A stretch of DNA of 59,625 bases, the filler included. It is 4 parts of 4 records of this genome, joined end to end, with 100 filler letters (N's around TTAATTAATTAA, not from the genome) between each part and the next. Parts side by side here need not be neighbours in the genome. Positions count along the whole stretch, not along the records: positions 45,828 to 59,625 come from SRR31147125_15079; 3 more parts are not named here. The stretch is one strand, 5' to 3'. This document shows positions 54,653 through 59,625 of this stretch, one piece after another. Numbering within the stretch: the stretch's first letter is position 1; every line of letters starts with the position of its first letter. A program made the translations under genes and the position numbers. The notes beneath the pieces were generated by a model. It saw nothing but the letters and a program-made list of their open reading frames with translations, was not told the DNA's origin and made no database searches.

Positions 54653-56164
54653 ATGTACAATGTAGTAGTTGTAGACGATGAGCCTTCGGCAATCAGAAAT
54701 ATTTCCATGATTATTGAAAAATATTGTGAAAAATTTCAGGTCGTTGCAACGGCAGAAAATGGTGAAGATGCAATTGAAAAAATAAGCAATTGCTACTGCG
54801 ATGTAGTGATTACTGATGTTTGCATGCCAATCTTAGATGGAATTAGACTGATTGAGTGGATTAATAAACAGAATAGCGATACAAAAACGCTTGTAACTAG
54901 TGGATATCAAGAATTTGATCATGTTCAAAAAGCAATAAACTTGGGTGCTTGTTCTTACTTAGTAAAACCCGTTATCCCTGCAAAGATGAGAGAAACACTT
55001 TCAAAAGTAGAAAGTTATTTGGATAAGTATTACATTACAAATCAGATTAAGTTGTTTAATGCTTTTTATTTTAATGAGCGTTTTGATATGGCAATCGCAA
55101 AAAAGTTTTTCACCAGTGATGAATATTATTTGGCGGTTAAGAGACAAAATGGTCTTCCCGCAAGATATAAAAAATGAGATGTTTGATGTTTTTGCTGAAC
55201 GTAATAGTTCCATAATCATTTGTGGAAGAGATATAAATGAGGAATTGTTTTTTATTCCTAGTAAAATCATAACAAAATTAGACATCGAACACTTAGTAAA
55301 AGTTCAATCCAGCTTAAATGATGGTGACGGTTATTTCACACTTGTCTATTTTGATTATTCTATGAAAATCAATGATTTTCCTAATCGAGTAAAGGAGTTA
55401 TACCGTGCACTTGATAGTGTAATTGCAACGGGTATGAATCAAGTGCTAACAACGGATCAAACCCGTGATATAATAAAAAAGCAGGTGTTGTCCTTTGAAA
55501 GCGATGACTTGGATAAACTTTACTACTTTATTAAAGAGCAGCAAAATGCAGATTTAAAAAAAGAAATAGAAATTTTATTTAAGAGTTGGGAGAAAAAAGA
55601 AGAACACATTTGTATATTGAAGCTACAGCTAAACAGATTCTTTTTAGAATGAGACAAACCTATGGGAATAATGTTTCACTATTAGAATGTGAGTATTTGA
55701 TAGAAGAAATGTTTGTTTATTCTAGAAGTGTTCAGGAGTTGCGAGAGAATTTTATAGAAATATTGAAACGCTTTTTTAAACAAGAGAGCTACACAGATCG
55801 AATAGATACTCCTCATTTTTTAGATAGGATAACGGAATATCTTAAATTGCATATTGATAAGCAGATATCTTTAAAGCAACTGTGCAAAGTGTTTGGAGTG
55901 TCTCAGCCTTATTTAAGTAAAATGTTTAGAAAGTATTTAAACGAATCTTATAATCAATATGTAACAAGAATCAAAGTTGAAAAAGCTAAGACACTGATGA
56001 TGCAAAGAGACAGTATGAAAATTAAAGATGTTGCAGCATTAGTTGGATATGACGATCAATTTTACTTTAGTAGAGTTTTTAGAAGTTGTACTGGTAATGC
56101 GCCTTCTGAATTTATTAGTTCATTAAAAGAGCAAGGTGGTAGAGCCGAGATTCTTGGGAGTTAG
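54653..56164 (+). CDS. YesN-like response regulator with C-terminal AraC domain (split by two frameshifts at A-runs ~55169 and ~55595)
   Basis: Receiver VVVDDE..TDVCMP..YLVKP; AraC YLSKMFRK...VGYDDQFYFSRVFRSCTG. Confidence 0.88.
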
Positions 56165-56503
56165 AATATAGTTAGGTTTTCTCAATAGAGCTGTGAAAAT
56201 CAAGCTAACCAACATGAATTGAACTGCAATATCTAGAGCATTTTCTTTAACCGAAAGAGCCAGCAGGCTGAGCCTGCACCAATTGTTGCGAATCATGTTT
56301 AGTGGTTGGCGACTTTTGTGTTCCGCGTGATTATTTCTGTCTAAAAAGCGTTAGTCCCACCACCAAGCAAGCTTGGTTTTCATGTGCGTACCTAATCAGC
56401 GGTACGCATATATTGTTCGGACTAAAAAGTGGCAGTGCCACCAGGTTGAGCAATTTCGCGTTTACTAAAGAATTATGGAGATTCTAAGCAAACCTTGCTG
56501 TTA

Positions 56504-56525
56504 AGATGTAGAGCCGAAACTGCTC
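56504..56525 (+). repeat. 22-bp direct repeat, copy 2
   Basis: Identical to 46019-46040. Confidence 0.9.
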
Positions 56526-56554
56526 CAAATTACTGTCTCCAGTCCGAAAAAAAG

Positions 56555-56604
56555 AAGTACTGATTTATGAACGCTCCATAGAAAATGTTCATACCTCAGT
56601 ACTT
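56555..56604. terminator. Hairpin between convergent transcription units
   Basis: AAGTACTGA..TATGAAC / GTTCATA..TCAGTACTT. Confidence 0.55.
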
Positions 56605-56682
56605 GCTTCAAGTTATTTATATATACTCCATTTGAATATTACTATTACTTACTTCTTTATATGCTCTCCCCATTTAAAATTA

Positions 56683-57324
56683 TTATTTTACTTGTCCATA
56701 TTTTGTTTTAACAAAAATTTGCATAGCTTTAATATTTTCATCACTAATAGGTTCAGGATTTCCAATTGTCTTACACTTGTAATAAACTTCAGCAACTTGT
56801 TCTAATACATTCGACACTAGAAATGCTTTATTCATATTATCTCCAACACAAACAGCACCATGAGCTTTTAAAAGACATGCGTTAGAAGTTTCCAACTTTG
56901 CTACACAGTTATCAGCAAGCTCTTGACTACCAGGAAGAGCATAATCACAAGTTTGAACAGTATCTCCTAGTAATTGTGCAGCTTCATCAATAATTAACGG
57001 AATATCTTCACCAAGAGTAGCAAACACTAGCGAATGATTCGGATGTGTATGAACAACAGCATTAACATCCTTTCTTACTCTATAAATTCCAATGTGCAAA
57101 TCTTTTTCAATTGTTGGGACTTTTTCACCCTCTACTATTTCTCCATCCAAATTACATACAACGACATGATCCTCTGTACAAGTCTTATAGTCCATCCCAC
57201 TTGGAGTTAAATAAACTAAATCTGTTTCAGGATCACGAGCACTTATATTCCCCCATGTTCCAACAGTTAAATTACTGTTATACATCTTTAACCCTGAATC
57301 TATTATCAATTTTTTATAATTCAT
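56683..57324 (-). CDS. Class II aldolase/adducin family protein (FucA/AraD-like)
   Basis: GTWGNISAR, TPSG, PTIEKDLH, AVVHTHP, LLKAHGAV; AAGGAG spacing favours ATG 57324. Confidence 0.92.
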   Translation of the reverse strand: MNYKKLIIDSGLKMYNSNLTVGTWGNISARDPETDLVYLTPSGMDYKTCTEDHVVVCNLDGEIVEGEKVPTIEKDLHIGIYRVRKDVNAVVHTHPNHSLVFATLGEDIPLIIDEAAQLLGDTVQTCDYALPGSQELADNCVAKLETSNACLLKAHGAVCVGDNMNKAFLVSNVLEQVAEVYYKCKTIGNPEPISDENIKAMQIFVKTKYGQVK

Positions 57325-57374
57325 TGACATCTCCTTCTTTTAAAAATCTAAAATTTATATAAATGTACTTTATT

Positions 57375-57408
57375 CGAATATACCAGTTATTTTAAACTGG
57401 TATATTCG
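57375..57408. terminator. Hairpin after the binding-protein gene
   Basis: Perfect 14-bp inverted repeat CGAATATACCAGTT / AACTGGTATATTCG. Confidence 0.7.
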
Positions 57409-57425
57409 TTGTTTTATCAATCTAA

Positions 57426-58467
57426 TTAGTTAGCAAATTGAGCAAGATATTCTTGGAAACCTTCTACTTCATCAAGTGTAATCAAATCAGCACCTGTATC
57501 AACGCTCATTTCAATAGTTTCCCCGCCAAGAACTTTAACCGCCGCTTCAACACCTTGTATACCCATTTCAGCTGGATATTGAGCAACAGTTCCTAAAAGC
57601 TTACCATCACTAGTTAAGTTTACTGCTTCACTGATAGCATCAAATCCAATAATTTGAATTTGCTCTTCTAGGTTCATTTCTTCAACAGCACGTAGTGCAC
57701 CAATAGCCATTCCATCGTTCGAAGCAAAGATCAAACCAACGTCTGGGTTACCGTTTAGAATGTTTTTAGTTACGTTATATCCTTCATCAACTTCCCATTT
57801 AGCTGTTTGTTCAGCAACAACTTCAACATGACTAGAAGCAGCATCATAAAAACCATTTCTTCTATGAGCAGCATTTTCTTGTCCATCGATACCTGTTAGG
57901 ATAGCAGCTTTAGTACCAGCTTCAACATTTGCTACAACATATTCGCCAGCAGCTTTAGCACCAGCATAGTTATCAGTTCCGATAAATGGTACAGCAGCAA
58001 GTCCACTATTTTCTAATAGAGTTGCATCGAATCTTGTATCAAGATTGATTACAGGAACGCCTTTCTTCGCATTTTCTAAGAGCTGTAATTAGACCTTCTG
58101 AAGAACTTGGAACTATACAGATAGCATCAACACCGCTAGTAAGCATATTCTCAACAATTTTTAGTTGTTCTTCTGCACTAGCATGCTCCTTAGCTCCTTG
58201 CACCTCCAAAGTTATCCCTAACTCATCAGCTTTTTGTTCAGCACCAGCAATCATTGTTAAGAAGTATTCATTATTCATTGTCATTGGTATAAAACCAATA
58301 GTATAACTTTCTTCCTCAACAGGTTCGTTAGCAGGCTCGCTAGCAGGTTCAGATTCACCAGCAGCACTAGGTACCTCTGTTGTCTCAACTGGTTTTGAAC
58401 ACCCAACAAGTGTCATGCTTAATACTAATACTAGTACCAACATTGTTACTAAAAGCTTTCTTTTCAT
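57426..58467 (-). CDS. RbsB-like monosaccharide ABC substrate-binding lipoprotein (split by frameshift ~58065)
   Basis: Lipobox LVGC; NNEYF; shifted frame GVPVINLD...IGTDNYAG...FASNDGMAIGA, IIGFD, TVAQYP. Confidence 0.88.
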
Positions 58468-58533
58468 TTTCTTCCTCCTTTTTATGGCTACCGCCAATTA
58501 GTTTTATGTACATTTACATAAAAAATTTATAAA

Positions 58534-59511
58534 TTATTCAGCTCTTCGCTCTTTCTTCTTATCTATATAAACTGCAGCTATAATCGCAAGACCTGTAACT
58601 ATTTGCTGATAAAATGTAGGAACATTCATAATCTGCAAACCACATTGCAAGGTACCCAATATTAGTGCACCAATTAGAACATTTGATAATTTACCATATC
58701 CACCTGACATACTTACTCCACCAAGCACCACCGCAGCAATAGTATCCATCTCATATCCACTACCAGCATTTGGATCAGCGTATAGCAATCTTGCAAGCAA
58801 CATAAATCCGCCGATTGCACCAAATATTCCAGCTACAGAATAGGTATAAGTTTCTATTTTATTAACTTGAATCCCTGATAATCTAGCAGCTGATCTGTTA
58901 CCCCCAACTGCATATATATATCTTCCAAATTTAGTCTTACCTAGCAACACTCCCATTACGATGAATAGTGCTGCAACATAAATTATGAAAACTGGTATGC
59001 CTAAAATATCTGATGATGCAACTTTATAAAAATTATTTGGAATAGCAGCAACTGCAATTGGTTTAGATCCACTAATACCCAAAGTCAAACCGCGTAAAAT
59101 AATCATCATACCCAAAGTCATAATAAAAGGTGGTACTTTGCCAACACTTATTACGTATCCATTTATTGCACCAATAACAGCTCCAAGCAAAATTACAATC
59201 AATAAAACTAGAACTATAGGAACACCAGATACCATGAGCATTCCACCGATAATTCCGACAAAACCAATCATAGATCCAACTGATAAATCGATTCCACCAG
59301 TTAAAATTACTAGTGTTTGTCCAATTGATATAATTGCTATGGGTGCAACTTGAACTACTATATTTACAACAGTTGAAAAACTAAAGAAGTTCCTATCTAA
59401 TACTCCACCTACTATTGAAAACAATGCAAAAATAACAATCGCTGCAACGTACAATACAAGTCCCTGACTAGATTTATTTTTTACAATATCTTTTCTATTT
59501 ACCTTTAACAT
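58534..59511 (-). CDS. RbsC-like monosaccharide ABC permease
   Basis: GQTLVILTGGIDLSVG, PPFIMTLG, GRYIYAVGGN, YEMDTIAAVVLGG. Confidence 0.95.
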   Translation of the reverse strand: MLKVNRKDIVKNKSSQGLVLYVAAIVIFALFSIVGGVLDRNFFSFSTVVNIVVQVAPIAIISIGQTLVILTGGIDLSVGSMIGFVGIIGGMLMVSGVPIVLVLLIVILLGAVIGAINGYVISVGKVPPFIMTLGMMIILRGLTLGISGSKPIAVAAIPNNFYKVASSDILGIPVFIIYVAALFIVMGVLLGKTKFGRYIYAVGGNRSAARLSGIQVNKIETYTYSVAGIFGAIGGFMLLARLLYADPNAGSGYEMDTIAAVVLGGVSMSGGYGKLSNVLIGALILGTLQCGLQIMNVPTFYQQIVTGLAIIAAVYIDKKKERRAE

Positions 59512-59624
59512 TATTTATCTCCTCCATCAATCGCATGTTGAAACACTAATTCTTGAGTAACAAATTCGTCATTTTCAAGCATGCCGCTTATTTCTCCTTC
59601 TTTCATTACCATAATTCTGTCACT
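59511..59624 (-). CDS. RbsA-like ABC ATPase, C-terminal end (truncated by window end)
   Basis: Manual translation SDRIMVMKEGEISG...TQELVFQHA; stop overlaps the permease ATG. Confidence 0.85.
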   Translation of the reverse strand, partial: SDRIMVMKEGEISGMLENDEFVTQELVFQHAIDGGDK

Positions 59625-59625
59625 T

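Noticed and set aside
56302-56487. 61-aa ORF within the hairpin element
   Set aside because: No RBS or recognisable motif; the sequence is better explained by base-paired structure.

Overview
The window is four contigs joined by artificial N-gap linkers, each containing TTAATTAATTAA (stops in all six frames), so adjacency across the gaps is not biological. Contig 1 (1-19755) is housekeeping DNA of a diderm bacterium, possibly FCB-related such as KSB1/Calditrichota (inference from gene content). It carries the pcrA/uvrD 3' end, a giant exported TPR protein, nadC, an atypical zinc-finger-less ClpX-like ATPase, a nitroreductase, uvrC, a TPR/TolB-like lipoprotein, an AT-rich Panacea antitoxin plus MazF-fold putative toxin pair, then radA, tgt, yajC, fmt, rsmB, a PASTA protein, rpe and a cold-shock gene with a long structured leader. 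Contig 2 (19856-28499) is the S10-spc ribosomal protein cluster from rplD to secY. Contig 3 (28600-45727) is accessory carbohydrate metabolism: a Tat-exported Gfo/Idh/MocA oxidoreductase plus DoxX; an operon of sugar-binding protein, sodium:solute symporter, URO-D/methyltransferase-family protein and GH172; a SorC-regulated cluster pairing an AraM/EgsA-type glycerol-1-phosphate dehydrogenase with a three-gene G3P-dehydrogenase-like module and a GlpT-type transporter; and a plant-type GH13 alpha-amylase. Contig 4 (45828-59625) looks like a different, Clostridia-like organism. It holds a GH78 rhamnosidase/ABC/YesMN unit flanked by a 22-bp direct repeat, a multi-hairpin intergenic element, and an Rbs-like ABC transporter plus class II aldolase. 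About ten genes, including essential rpsS, are split at homopolymer runs, best explained as sequencing error. No rRNA, tRNA, CRISPR array or intact transposase was recognised.
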